Counted from the first letter of the stretch, positions 46,421 to 57,200 are shown. The stretch: 64,000 nucleotides of DNA from an uncultured Gemmatimonadales bacterium (GCA_963851265.1 CAWKNZ010000008.1:64001-128000); one strand, 5' to 3'. The notes: a model not told the origin generated them from the letters alone. Numbers and translations are program-made.

Positions 46421-48881
46421 ATGCGCAGCCTCACCCCGTCCACGTTCTGCCCGTCGTGCGGCTTCACCGCGGCCGCCGACGCGCGCTTCTGCCCCAACTG
46501 CGCGACGCCCGTCGTCGTGCCCGGCGGCGACCCGCTCTTCACCCGCGTGCGGACCGCGGTCGCGCACGAGTACGAGGTGCTGCGCGAGATCGGCCGCGGC
46601 GGGATGGCCGCGGTCTTCCTCGCGCGCGAGCTGAATCCGCGGCGCATGGTCGCCCTCAAGGTGATGCTCCCCGAGCTCGCCTACTCCGAGTCGATGCCGC
46701 AGCGCTTCCTCGCCGAGGCGCAGACCGCGGCGTCGCTCGAGCATCCCAACATCGTCACGGTCTTCAGCAGCGGCGAGGCCGGTGGCGTGCGCTACTTCGC
46801 GATGCGCTACATCGACGGCGCCTCGCTCGAGCAGCTGCTCCTGGTCGGCGGGCGGCTGCCGGTGCGGCTCGCCTGCTACGTGCTCGCGGAAGTCACGCGC
46901 GCGCTCGACTTCGCCCACGCCGAGGAGGTCGTGCACCGCGACGTGAAGCCCGGCAACGTCATGCTCGACCGGCGCTGGGGCCGCGCGATCGTGACCGACT
47001 TCGGCATCGCCAAGGTCGCCGACGGCGAGAACCTCACGCGCACCGGGCTGGCGATCGGCACGCCGGCCTACATGAGCCCCGAGCTCTGCAGCGGCCTTCA
47101 GCCGACCAGCGCGTCCGACCAGTACGCGCTCGGCGTCGTCGCCTACCAGCTGCTCACGGGAGCGCCGCCTTTCGTCGGCAACGCGCTGGAGGTGCAGAAC
47201 GCGCACGTGCGCGGCGCCCCGCGGCCGCTGCGCGAGGGGTGCCCCGATTGCTCGCCCGCGCTCGAGGCGGCAATCCTGCGCATGCTCGAGAAGTCGCCCG
47301 ACGCGCGCTGGCCCCGGCTCGCCGACGCGATGCCAGCCCTGCTCGCGCACGTCGGCCCCGAAGCCGAGTGCCAGGACGAGCTGCGGGCGAGGCTCGCGCG
47401 GCTCGCCCACTCGCCGGATTTCCCCGGGCAGGACCGCCGCGAGCACGAGCGGCGGTCGGGGCAGAATGGCACCGCGCCCGCCGCGACCCCGGTCGTCCTG
47501 ACACCGACCGGGACACCGGCCGGGACGCCGGCCGCGTACCCCGTCCTGACACCAGCGGCGCTGCCAGCCGCGATGCCCGCCGCGATCCCAGCGGCACCCG
47601 CCGTCGTACCCCTCCCAATCGCGATCCCCGCGGCAGCGGCCCAGCCTGTGGCCATGCCGCCTGTCGTGATCCCGCCGTTCGTGATCCCGCCGGTCGCGAT
47701 GCCGTCGGTCATGGCGACGTCCGTGATGGAGTCGCCGGTTATGGCCCCGCCGTCCACGGCCCCCGCGGTCATCCCGCCGCCCATCACCCCGGCGCCCATC
47801 ACCCCGGCGCCCATCACCGGCGCCCATCACCCCGGCGTTCATCGAGCCAGCGCCCATTGCCCCGGCGCCTCCCGCGCCGGCCACCGCGATCACGCTGCTA
47901 CCGCGCACCCTGCAGCTCGTCGCGGGCGAGACCGCGTCGCTGTGCGCAATCGCGACGACGGCCGACGGCAGTCCGGCGCGCGACGCGACGCTCACGTGGT
48001 CGGCGAGCGACGCCGGCGTGGTCACGGTCGACGCGATGGGGACGGTCTACGCGGTCGGACCGGGCTACGCCGGCGTCTGGGTGGCGGCGGGACTGGTCAG
48101 CGCGAGCGCCAGCGTGGTCGTCGTTGCTGCCGTGCCGGCGCCGGTGCCCGCCGTGGCCGGCGCGCCGCCGGCGACCGAGCCGGCCCGCGTCGCGGAGCTC
48201 GTGGAGGCCGCGCCGTTCGACGACGTCCCGGCATACGAGCACGCCGGCCGGTCGGGCGCGGGAGGTCGCCGGGTGCGCCCCGGCGTCGCACTCGCGGTGA
48301 CCACCTTCACCGCGCTGCTCCTCGGCACGACGGTCTACCGGCTGCAGAGCCACGCGCCAGTCCCACCCACGCGTGTTGCGGTCGGCGGTGCCGCCGCCCA
48401 CCAGCCCGAGGTGGCCCTCCCCCGGGACCCGGTGCCAACGCCCAACGTCGTGTCTCCCCCGACCGTTGCCACCGGCGATTCGGTCCCCAAGGCGGACAGC
48501 ACACACGTTCGCCAGCCGAAGGTGCGGACACCGAAGGACCCGCTCGCGGCCGGGCACGTCCTCATCGAGCGGCACGTCGGCGTTCCGACGCTCCACGTGG
48601 GCGAGACCATGCCGCTCGTCGCGTGGCTGGTCGACAACACCGGCCACGTGCTCGCCGACGGGGCCGTGCGCTGGTCGTCGAGTCAGCCCTCGGCGCTCGA
48701 CGTCACTGGCGGGGTCGCGCGCGCCCGGCACGCCGTCGACGAGCCGTTGATCGTGACGGCGCGCATCGGCAACAAGCGTGGGGAGTTGCGCGTGCGTGTT
48801 GTCTCGGCCTCCGCCGACGCGACCTCGGCGTCGGCTCCTCCGCCGAGCACCCCGGCGATCCCGCCGCCGGGCGCGCCGTAG
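46421..48881 (+). pseudogene. Frameshifted membrane Ser/Thr kinase (Zn ribbon-kinase-Pro linker-Ig-like-TM-Ig-like), PpkA-like position
   Basis: CPSCG/CPNC; IGRGGMA, VALK, HRDVKPGN, DFG, YMSPE; 2-bp deletion in the third 15-bp repeat near 47818; downstream frame (includes ORF 48018-48881) encodes Big_2-like, TM and a second Big_2-like segment; sequencing error not excluded. Confidence 0.8.
47780..47837 (+). repeat. 15-bp tandem repeat CCCATCACCCCGGCG (PITPA) x4, third copy only 13 bp
   Basis: Units 47780-47794, 47795-47809, 47810-47822 (lacks CC), 47823-47837. Confidence 0.92.
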
Positions 48882-48910
48882 CGCCGCGCCGTAGCGCCGC
48901 GCCTTAGCGG
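48872..48910. repeat. 13-bp tandem repeat x3 (CGCGCCGTAGCGC) at the convergent kinase gene ends
   Basis: Units 48872, 48885 and 48898 (imperfect); TAG at 48879, 48892 and 48905. Confidence 0.8.
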
Positions 48911-50775
48911 TGCACCCGGCGGCGGAGGGCCGCGGCTTCGACCGCCGCGGAGTCCGCCACGGCGAGCCGCGCGGCCGTCACCGTCCTCGGCACCCGCTCT
49001 CCTTCGTCCACGGCGGACGGGTCGCCGTGGTCGAGGTGCCAGCGAATGGTCGCCGCCCGTCCCGCCACGCGCCGCGCCGCTGCCGAATCGCCGACCTGGT
49101 CCCACGCGCTCGCGATCGTGGTGAGCAGCTCGGCCTCCGCCTCGGGGCGCCCGGCAAGCGCGGCGGCCGCGCGTTCGCCGTGGGCCAGCATGCGGACGGC
49201 GAGGGAGTCCGGCCTTCCGCCGCGGAACGCGTGCGCGTCTACCAGATCTCGCACGGCCGAGCGCAGGCGCGCGGCACTCGCGACGGCGCGCTGCGTCTGG
49301 CGCGCCGCCTCTTGCTGGCGCGCGTACGCGCCGGCGGCGGCGCCCGCCAGGCCGGCGGCGACGAGCGCGACGCCGAGCGCGAGCCGGTGCCGCTGCACGG
49401 CGCGCAGCATCCGGAACGCCAGGCGCGCCCCGCTGCCTGCCGCGCGGGCCTCGACCGCCTCGCGCGCGAGCACACGCAGCACGTCGGCCCGGAGCGCGTC
49501 CGCCGTCGCATAGCGGTCACCCGGGTCGGGCGCGAGGGCACGCCGGACCACCGCGTCGAGGTCGCCGCGGAGGGCACGGCGCAGCGCGCGGGGCCGCGTG
49601 GCGCGCACGGCGGCGCGCACGGCGGCCTCGGGGTCCGCCGTCACGACCGCGGACGGCGGCACGAAGCGGGCCGCGAGCACGGTCTGCACCGCCTCGCGCC
49701 GCGTCCGGCCCCGCACCTCGTACGCGCGCCGCCCGGTGAGCAGCTCGTAGAGCATCAGGCCGAGCGCATACACGTCGCCGGCCGTGGAAGGCGGCTCGTC
49801 GCGGACCTGCTCGGGCGCGGCATATTGGGGGGTGAGCGGCCCCGGAGCGGCCGCCTCAAGCGTCCCGCCCGCGGCACCCGTGGCCGGGTCGAGCACCGCG
49901 GCGACCCCGAAATCGAGCAGCATCGGGCGCCCGTCGTCGGTGACGAGCACGTTGGACGGCTTGAGGTCCCGGTGGACGACGCGCCGGCGGTGCACGGCCT
50001 CGACCGCGCCGCACACCTCCGCGAACACGGCGAGGCGCTCGCGGACCCCGAGCCGACGACGGTCGCAGGCCTCGTCGAGGGGGAGCCCGTCCACGTACTC
50101 CATGGCGACCCAGGGCGCACCCTGCAGTGGTCCGTCGGCGATGATCCCGGCGTCCAGCAGGCGGGCGATGTTGGGGTGGGAAAAGCGCGCCATGGCTCGC
50201 CGCTCAGCGAGGAATCGGGCGCGCGCGCGCGCGCTGTGGGCGAGCGTCGCCCGCACCACCTTGAGCGCCACCGTCGCGCCGACGTCCTCGCGCTCGGCCA
50301 GGTACACGGTCCCCATCCCGCCCTGGCCGAGCAGCCGGACGATCCGGTAGACACCGACCGCATCGCCCGGCGCGAGCCGCACGGGCGCGGGGCGCGCGCG
50401 TCGCGCGCCCGACGTCAGGATGTCGGGGTCTCGCGTGCCCGCGGTGCGGTCCGTCCCGGTGTCGGCGTCGGGGACCAGGTCGGCCAGGAAGCCCACGGGC
50501 TGGCTGAGTGGCCCATCCGGGCGGACCGCGGCCGCGTCGGCCGCGAGCAACGCGAGCACGTCGCGGACGAGTTCGGGGCGGTCGGCGCACTGCGCGCGGA
50601 GCCACGAGGCGCGGTGCCGGGGCTCGCGCGCGAGCGCACCATGAAACAGGTTCTCGGTGCGTTCGAGCGCCTCGCGCTCGGCGGCCAGGTCGGCGTCGGG
50701 CTGGCGCGGCGGAGCCGCGTGCGGCCGCGCCGCGCCGGGCGCAGCGTGGTCCGGGAGGCGCGAATGGAGGCGCAT
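48904..50775 (-). CDS. ECF-associated membrane Ser/Thr kinase (PknS-like)
   Basis: N-terminal 'LFHGALA...WLRAQC...LVRDVLALLAA' helix block; LGQGGMGTVY, VALK, HRDLKPSN, DFG, TPQYAAPEQ, LRGDLDAVV; TM, then a short TPR-like tail. Confidence 0.92.
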   Translation of the reverse strand: MRLHSRLPDHAAPGAARPHAAPPRQPDADLAAEREALERTENLFHGALAREPRHRASWLRAQCADRPELVRDVLALLAADAAAVRPDGPLSQPVGFLADLVPDADTGTDRTAGTRDPDILTSGARRARPAPVRLAPGDAVGVYRIVRLLGQGGMGTVYLAEREDVGATVALKVVRATLAHSARARARFLAERRAMARFSHPNIARLLDAGIIADGPLQGAPWVAMEYVDGLPLDEACDRRRLGVRERLAVFAEVCGAVEAVHRRRVVHRDLKPSNVLVTDDGRPMLLDFGVAAVLDPATGAAGGTLEAAAPGPLTPQYAAPEQVRDEPPSTAGDVYALGLMLYELLTGRRAYEVRGRTRREAVQTVLAARFVPPSAVVTADPEAAVRAAVRATRPRALRRALRGDLDAVVRRALAPDPGDRYATADALRADVLRVLAREAVEARAAGSGARLAFRMLRAVQRHRLALGVALVAAGLAGAAAGAYARQQEAARQTQRAVASAARLRSAVRDLVDAHAFRGGRPDSLAVRMLAHGERAAAALAGRPEAEAELLTTIASAWDQVGDSAAARRVAGRAATIRWHLDHGDPSAVDEGERVPRTVTAARLAVADSAAVEAAALRRRVHR

Positions 50776-50884
50776 TGCATGGGCGATCGGTCCACGTCGC
50801 GACGGCGCCGCCGTCGCGTGGCCGACCGTCAGTTGCCACTACCGGGGGGCGCCGGCGTTCCGATCACGGGTGCGCCGGCCATGC

Positions 50885-51490
50885 TCAGGCCGCCCGCGTC
50901 GCGCACGGCCGGGGGGCACCCGCCCGTTCCGCGCCGGCGGGGTCCTCCTCGAGCGCCCGCTGCAGCCAGGCGCGCGCGAACCGCCAGTCGCGCTGCACCG
51001 TCGCCGTGCCGACGCCGAGCGCGGCGGCGGTCTCCTCGACCGAGAGGCCGGCGAAGTATCGGCACTCGACGACGCGCGCCTGGCGCGGGTTGAGCTGCCC
51101 GAGGCGGGCGAGCGCCTCGTCGAGCGCCAGCACCTGCTCGGGGCGCGCGGGCGCCGTCGCGCCGAGTTCGTCGTCGAGCGTCACCGCCCACGCCCCGCCG
51201 CCGCGTTTGGCCGCGACGCGGGCCTCGGCGGCGTTGACCAGCAGCTGCCGCATCGCGCGCGCCGCCGTGTTGAGGAAGTGCTCGCGGCTCATCCATCCGC
51301 CGCTCCCGCGCAGCTTGAGGTATGCCTCGTGGACGAGGCCCGTCGTGCTCAGGGTGCGCGGCGCGCCCTGGCGGCGCACGCCGTGCGCGCGGCGGTGGAG
51401 TTCTGCGTAACAGGCGACGAAAAGCGCGTCTGCCGACGACGGGGCCGAGTACTCGACGGCCTGGTGTTGGGCGATGGCCACGGGATTCAT
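50885..51490 (-). CDS. ECF sigma factor, kinase-associated type (TIGR02999/ECF43, EcfK-like)
   Basis: YAELHRRA...TLSTTGLVHEAYLKL...HFLNTAARAMRQLLV...KRGGG...LDEAL..L....PRQARVVECRYFAGLSVEE.A..LGV...TV.RDW.FARAWL. Confidence 0.93.
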   Translation of the reverse strand: MNPVAIAQHQAVEYSAPSSADALFVACYAELHRRAHGVRRQGAPRTLSTTGLVHEAYLKLRGSGGWMSREHFLNTAARAMRQLLVNAAEARVAAKRGGGAWAVTLDDELGATAPARPEQVLALDEALARLGQLNPRQARVVECRYFAGLSVEETAAALGVGTATVQRDWRFARAWLQRALEEDPAGAERAGAPRPCATRAA

Positions 51491-52074
51491 AGGCGCGGCG
51501 GGGAACGCAGCAGAACGGGCGGGGGGGGGACGGGGCTGCTACAGTACGACCTGTCGCGGGGGCGCGCCATACGTGGCAGGGCGCGTCATCGCGGTGTGCG
51601 ACATCGCCGGCGCCCCAGCCGGCGGGCGCGCGGCCGTTGCGCACGCTCGCCGGTGCAGCCGGCTCTCCTCTACTATGCGGAATCGGGCCGCAAACCGGCT
51701 CACGAGTGGGTCCGCGACGTGCCGCCGGGTTCCTCGCGCAACGATCCGATTTGCCGTGCCGACGCCCGATAACGTGCGATGTGACAAGAACACGACGCTG
51801 CCGCGTTCCGGCGGGCGGAGCGGCGCGTCCGGCGCGCAGACTCGCCGCATTCGACCGCGGCCCGTGCGTGCCCACGACCGGCCGCGGGCGCGACGCTCCT
51901 CACGACGTCGAGGGTCTTCCCCGCCCCACGACGCGGCTGCCCGACCACGCCCGGGCGCGCGCCGGGCCCGACGCCGGGCCGGCCGGTCGAGCGCCGCCGC
52001 TAGCTTCGACCGCGCGCGATGCACACCGGACATCACGCCGCGCACGCGCCGCACGCCCCCCCGCCGCCCCCGAC

Positions 52075-54222
52075 ATGCTCCGATCGATCACCGCGGCCCG
52101 CGCGGCCGCACGCCGCGCCGCGCCGTTGCTCGCCGCGATGACGCTCGTGGCCCTCCGAACCGCAGGTGCGCAGTCGCTGCACCCGTCGACGTCGCCCGCA
52201 CCGGCGGCGGCCGGCCCGGCGGGTGACTGGCCCGTGTATGGCGGCGGCGACGATCACTCGCACTACACCACGCTCGACCAGATCTCGCCGGCGAACGTGC
52301 GGCACCTGAAGGTCGCGTGGACCTACGCGACGCACGACGAGTTCTCCGGCTCGGAGATGCAGGCGAATCCCGTCGTCGTCGACGGGGTGCTGTACGCGAC
52401 CACGCCCAAGCTGCAGGTGTTCGCGCTCGACGCCGCGACCGGGAAGGAGCGCTGGCGCTTCGACCCGAACAACGGCGTCCCGCCGACGTCACGCATCCGC
52501 CACCGCGGCGTCGTCGTCACCGGCGACCGCGTGCTCTTCAACTACCGCAACCGCCTGTACGCCCTCGACCGTGCGACCGGACGGCCGATCCGCACCTTCG
52601 GCGACAGCGGATGGGTGGACCTGCGCGCCGGGCTCGGGCGCCCCGTCGAGGGCCTGTCGGTCTCGGCGAGCACGCCGGGGGTCGTGTTCGAGGACCTGCT
52701 CATCATGGGGAGCACCGTCCCCGAAGTCCTGCCCAGCGCGCCCGGCGACATCCGCGCGTACGACATCCACACCGGCGCGCTGCGCTGGAGCTTCCACACC
52801 ATCCCACACCCGGGCGAGTTCGGGTACGAGACGTGGCCGCCTAACGCCTGGACGATCAGCGGCGGCGTCAACGCCTGGGCGGGCGTGACGCTCGACCGCC
52901 GGCGCGGCGTGGTGTACGCCGCGACCGGCTCGGCGTCGTACGACTTCTACGGCGCGAACCGCGTCGGCGACGACCTGTTCGCCAACACGGTTCTCGCGCT
53001 CGACGCGCGTACCGGCAAGCGCATCTGGCACTACCAGGTGCTGCGGCACGACCTGTGGGACCGCGACCTGCCGGCCGCGCCGGTGCTCGTGACCGTGCGG
53101 CGCGACGGCCGGCCGGTCGACGCCGTCGCGCAGATCACCAAGACGGGGCACGTCTACGTGCTGGACCGCGACACGGGCGCGCCGCTCTTCCCCGTCGAGG
53201 AGCGCCCGATGCCGCCGGCCGTCCTCCCGGGCGAGCGCACGGCCGCGACGCAGCACTTCCCCCTGCGGCCGCCGCCGTTCACGCGCCAGCGGCTGACGCG
53301 CGCCGACCTCACCACGCGCACGCCGGCGGCGCACGCGGCCGCGCTCAAGCTGTTCGACGCGTACGGCACGCGGCACCCCTACGACCCGCCCAACCTGCAC
53401 GGCACGATCATCTTCCCGGGCGTCGACGGCGGCGGCGAGTGGGGCGGGCCGGCGTTCGACCCGACGACGGGACTGCTCTACGTGAACGCGAACGAGATGG
53501 CGTGGCTGCTCAAGCTCGTGCCGCGGAGCGACCGGTCGCTCTACGCGGCGAACTGCGCCAACTGCCACGGCGCCGACCGGCAGGGGACGGCGATGGCGCC
53601 GTCGCTCGTCGCCGTCGGCGGCCGACGGACGCCGGCGCAGATCACGCAGATCATCCGCGAGGGCACGGGGCGCATGCCGGCGTTCGGCAGCGCGCTCGAG
53701 GGGCGCGCCGTGGCCGACATCGTGAACTACCTGCGCACCGGCCACGACGCGTCGGTGGCGGCGGGCCCCGACCCGTTCGGCGTGCCGTACCGCACGGCGT
53801 ACTTCGACATCTTCTCCGACCCGGACGGCTACCCGGCGATCAAGCCGCCGTGGGGCACCCTCTCGGCGATCGACCTGAACGGCGGGACCATCCGCTGGTC
53901 GGTCCCGTTCGGCGAGTACCCCGCGCTCGCCGCGCGCGGCCTGCGCAACACCGGCAGCGACAACTACGGGGGCGCGATCGTCACCGAGAACGGCCTGCTC
54001 CTCATCGGCGCGACGACGCACGACAACACCTTCCGCGCGTTCGACAAACGCACGGGACGCCTGCTCTGGTCCGCCCCGCTCCCCGCCGCCGGCAACGCCA
54101 CGCCGGCCACCTACATGGCCGGCGGCCGGCAGTACGTCGTGATCGCCTGCGGCGGCGGCAAGAACGGCGCGCCGAGCGGCGGGACCTACGTCGCGTTCGC
54201 GCTGCCCGACGGCGCGCGTTAG
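52075..54222 (+). CDS. PQQ-dependent dehydrogenase (glucose/quinate type) with embedded c-type haem domain
   Basis: DWPVYGG, QISPANV..LKVAW, ALDAATGKERW, HDLWDRD, GGGEWGG, CANCHG haem motif, KPPWG.L.AIDL, FRAFD..TG.LLW; signal peptide. Confidence 0.9.
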   Translation: MLRSITAARAAARRAAPLLAAMTLVALRTAGAQSLHPSTSPAPAAAGPAGDWPVYGGGDDHSHYTTLDQISPANVRHLKVAWTYATHDEFSGSEMQANPVVVDGVLYATTPKLQVFALDAATGKERWRFDPNNGVPPTSRIRHRGVVVTGDRVLFNYRNRLYALDRATGRPIRTFGDSGWVDLRAGLGRPVEGLSVSASTPGVVFEDLLIMGSTVPEVLPSAPGDIRAYDIHTGALRWSFHTIPHPGEFGYETWPPNAWTISGGVNAWAGVTLDRRRGVVYAATGSASYDFYGANRVGDDLFANTVLALDARTGKRIWHYQVLRHDLWDRDLPAAPVLVTVRRDGRPVDAVAQITKTGHVYVLDRDTGAPLFPVEERPMPPAVLPGERTAATQHFPLRPPPFTRQRLTRADLTTRTPAAHAAALKLFDAYGTRHPYDPPNLHGTIIFPGVDGGGEWGGPAFDPTTGLLYVNANEMAWLLKLVPRSDRSLYAANCANCHGADRQGTAMAPSLVAVGGRRTPAQITQIIREGTGRMPAFGSALEGRAVADIVNYLRTGHDASVAAGPDPFGVPYRTAYFDIFSDPDGYPAIKPPWGTLSAIDLNGGTIRWSVPFGEYPALAARGLRNTGSDNYGGAIVTENGLLLIGATTHDNTFRAFDKRTGRLLWSAPLPAAGNATPATYMAGGRQYVVIACGGGKNGAPSGGTYVAFALPDGAR

Positions 54223-57200
54223 GCGCCGGGCGCCGGCCGGGCGTCGACGGCCGGCACGTCGAGTTCCCGGAGGAGCCGGTTGAACGCGGCGACGTCGCCG
54301 GCCTCGAGCGCGCGCAGGCGGCCGAGCTGCGCGTCGACCTTCCCGGCCAGCTCCGCGTAGACCTGCAGCGACTGCGCGGTCGGCCCGCGGTCGAAGCTGT
54401 GGACGTTGCGGTTGGCGGTGAGCAATTGGTTGTACAGCGCGACCGGGTAGTGCAGGGTGATCTGGTCGGCGTGCGAGTTCACGTCGGCGAGCGCGCTCCG
54501 CACCGCCTCGAGTTGCGCCCGCAGCGGCTGCGCGGCCGCGGCGACCCGCGCCGCGTACGGCCGCGCGTGCGTCTGCTCGACGCGCGCCCCGAGTTGCGCC
54601 TGCATGGCCTCGATGCGGCGCACCGCGTCGGCGAGCTCGTTCACCTTGTCGACGGTGCGCCGCGTGAGGTCGAACGTCGCCGCGTGCTCGGCGGCGGAGG
54701 CGCCCACGCGCGGGTCGTCGACGACGCGCAGCGGCTGCGTCTGCGGCCGGCCGTCGACCGTCAGGCGCACGGCGTACGCCCCGGGTACCGCCGTCGCGCC
54801 GGCGTACGTTCCCTCGTCGTTCACCACGTCCTTGAGCGCCCGCACGCCGGCGTAGCGCAGGTCCCACACGAAGCGGTTGAGCCCCGCCCGCGCGGGCACG
54901 ACCGAGTCCGCCGGGGCGTAGCTCGCGCTGTCCGACTCGACGCGGCGCCGCTGCGACGACTGCCCCGTGGTATCGTAGGCGGTAAGGCGCGCGAGCGAGT
55001 CGGCCGCCGTGTACGCCCTGGCCGACGTGCCCGACGAGTCGCGGCCGCCCCCGCGCGTCGTCGCGGCCCGGCCGGCCGAGTCGTGGCTCGTGTAGGTCCG
55101 AATCACCGCGCCCGCGGCGTCGAGGAACTCGAGCCGGATGGGGGTCTTCGGCCGTTCGCGCAGCCAGTAGTCGACGTACGCGCCGGCGGGCGGGTTCTCC
55201 CCCGCGTCGCCCTCGGCGCGCCGCGACCGGCCGGCCGCGAAGCGCACCGCCGTGGCCGGGGCGAACAGGTGCGCCGGCTCGGCACGCACGGCGTCGGTCA
55301 TCTGGCGCAGCGGCGCGATGTCGTCCATCACCCAGAAGGCGCGCCCGTGCGTCGCCGCGATGAGGTCGTTGTCCTTGACCGCCAGGTCGCGCACGCTCAC
55401 GCGCGGCAGGTTGAGCTGCAGCGGCCGCCAGCGCGCGCCGTCGTCGAACGACACGAAGACGCCGGTCTCGGTGCCCGCGAAGAGCAGCCCGCGCCGCCGC
55501 GGGTCCTCGCGCACGGCGCGCGCATAGCTGCCGGCCGGGATGCCGGCGTCGATGCGCGTCCAGCTGCGGCCGTAGTCGGTCGTGCGCAGCAGGTACGGGC
55601 GGAAGTCGTCCTGCTGGTAGCGGTTGGCCGCGATGTACGCGGTGCCCGGGTCGAAGTGGCTCGGCTCGACGACGCTCATCTTCGTGAACGGGCCCAGGCC
55701 GGGCGGGGTGACGTCCTGCCAGGTCACGCCGCCGTCGCGCGTGAGGTGCACGAGCCCGTCGTCGCTCCCCGCCCAGATCAGCCCCTTCGTCAGCGGCGAC
55801 TCGGCCACGGCGAACGCCATCGCGTACCACTCCGTGCCGGTCATGTCGCCGTGAATCGGGCCGCCCGAGCGCCCGAGCGTGCGCGGGTCGGCGCGCGCGA
55901 GGTCGGGCGAGATCCGCTCCCACGAGTTGCCCCCGTTGGTCGAGCGGAAGAGGTACTGGGCCGCGGCGTAGAGCGTCTTGGGGTCGTGCGGCGAGAAGAA
56001 GAGCGGGAAGGTCCACGCGAACCGGTAGGGCACGTCCTTCGCCGCCCACCCGTCGTAGTTGTCGAGCCAGACCGCGACGTTGCGCGACTGGTTGGTGCGG
56101 CGGTCGTGGCGCCAGATCTCGCCCATGTAGCCGCCGCCGTAGGTGACGTTCGGGTCGGTCGGGTCGACGGCGATGTACGCGCTCTCGCCGCCGGCCACGG
56201 GCCACCAGTCCTGCCGCGTGATCGCGCCGTTGTCCGACCGGCTGGCGATCGACACGGTGGTGTTGTCCTGCTGCGCGCCGTAGATGCGGTAGGGGAACTG
56301 GTCGTCGGTGGTGACGTGGTAGAACTGCGACGTCGGCTGATTGTAGATGCTCGACCAACTCGCGCCGCCGTCGTAGCTGACCGTCGCGCCGCCGTCGTTG
56401 CCGTGGACGAGGCGCCGCGGGTCGCTCGGGTCGACCCAGAGCACGTGCGTGTCGCCGTGCGGCACGGCGACGCGCGCCCACGTGCGCCCGCCGTCGACCG
56501 AATGCCAGGTGCCTAACGTGTTGACGTACACGCCGTTCTCGTCGCGCGGGTCGGCCGTGACGCCCGAGTAGTACCACGCGCGCACCTGCCAGCGCTGGTC
56601 GCCGTTGACGCGCTGCCAGGTCGCGCCGGCGTCGTCGGAGCGGAAGATGCCGCCGCGCGGCTGCCCGGCGGAGTCGGGCGCCTCGACCGCGGCGTACACG
56701 CGGCGCGGGTTGGCCGGCGAGACCGCGACGCCGATGCGGCCGAGCGCCGTGTTGGGCAGGCCCGGGTTGGCGCTGACGTCGGCCCACGTGTCGCCGCCGT
56801 CGGTCGACTTCCAGAGGCCGCTCCGCCCGCCGCCGGCGCGCATCCCCCACGGCAGGCGCTGGACCCGCCACATCGCCGCGAACAGCACGCGCGGGTTGCT
56901 CGGGTCCATCGCGAGGTCGACCGCGCCCGTCGAGTCGTCGACGAACAACACCTGCTTCCACGTCCTGCCGCCGTCGGTGGTGCGGTAGACGCCGCGCTCG
57001 CGGTTGGGCCCGAAGGCGTGCCCGATCGCGGCCACGTAGGCCACGTCGGGGTCGCGCGGGTGGACGCGCACCGCGCCGATCTGCTGCGTGCCCGCCAGCC
57101 CGAGGTGCTGCCACGTCTCGCCGCCGTCCGTCGTGCGATACACGCCGGTACCGTAGGTCACGTCCTCGCGCAGCCCCGACTCGCCCGTGCCCACCCAGAT

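Noticed and set aside
46421..48907. 828-aa kinase ORF taken as the true full-length product
   Set aside because: Sequence after the PITPA repeats is out-of-frame; the real C-terminus is in the frame ending at 48881.
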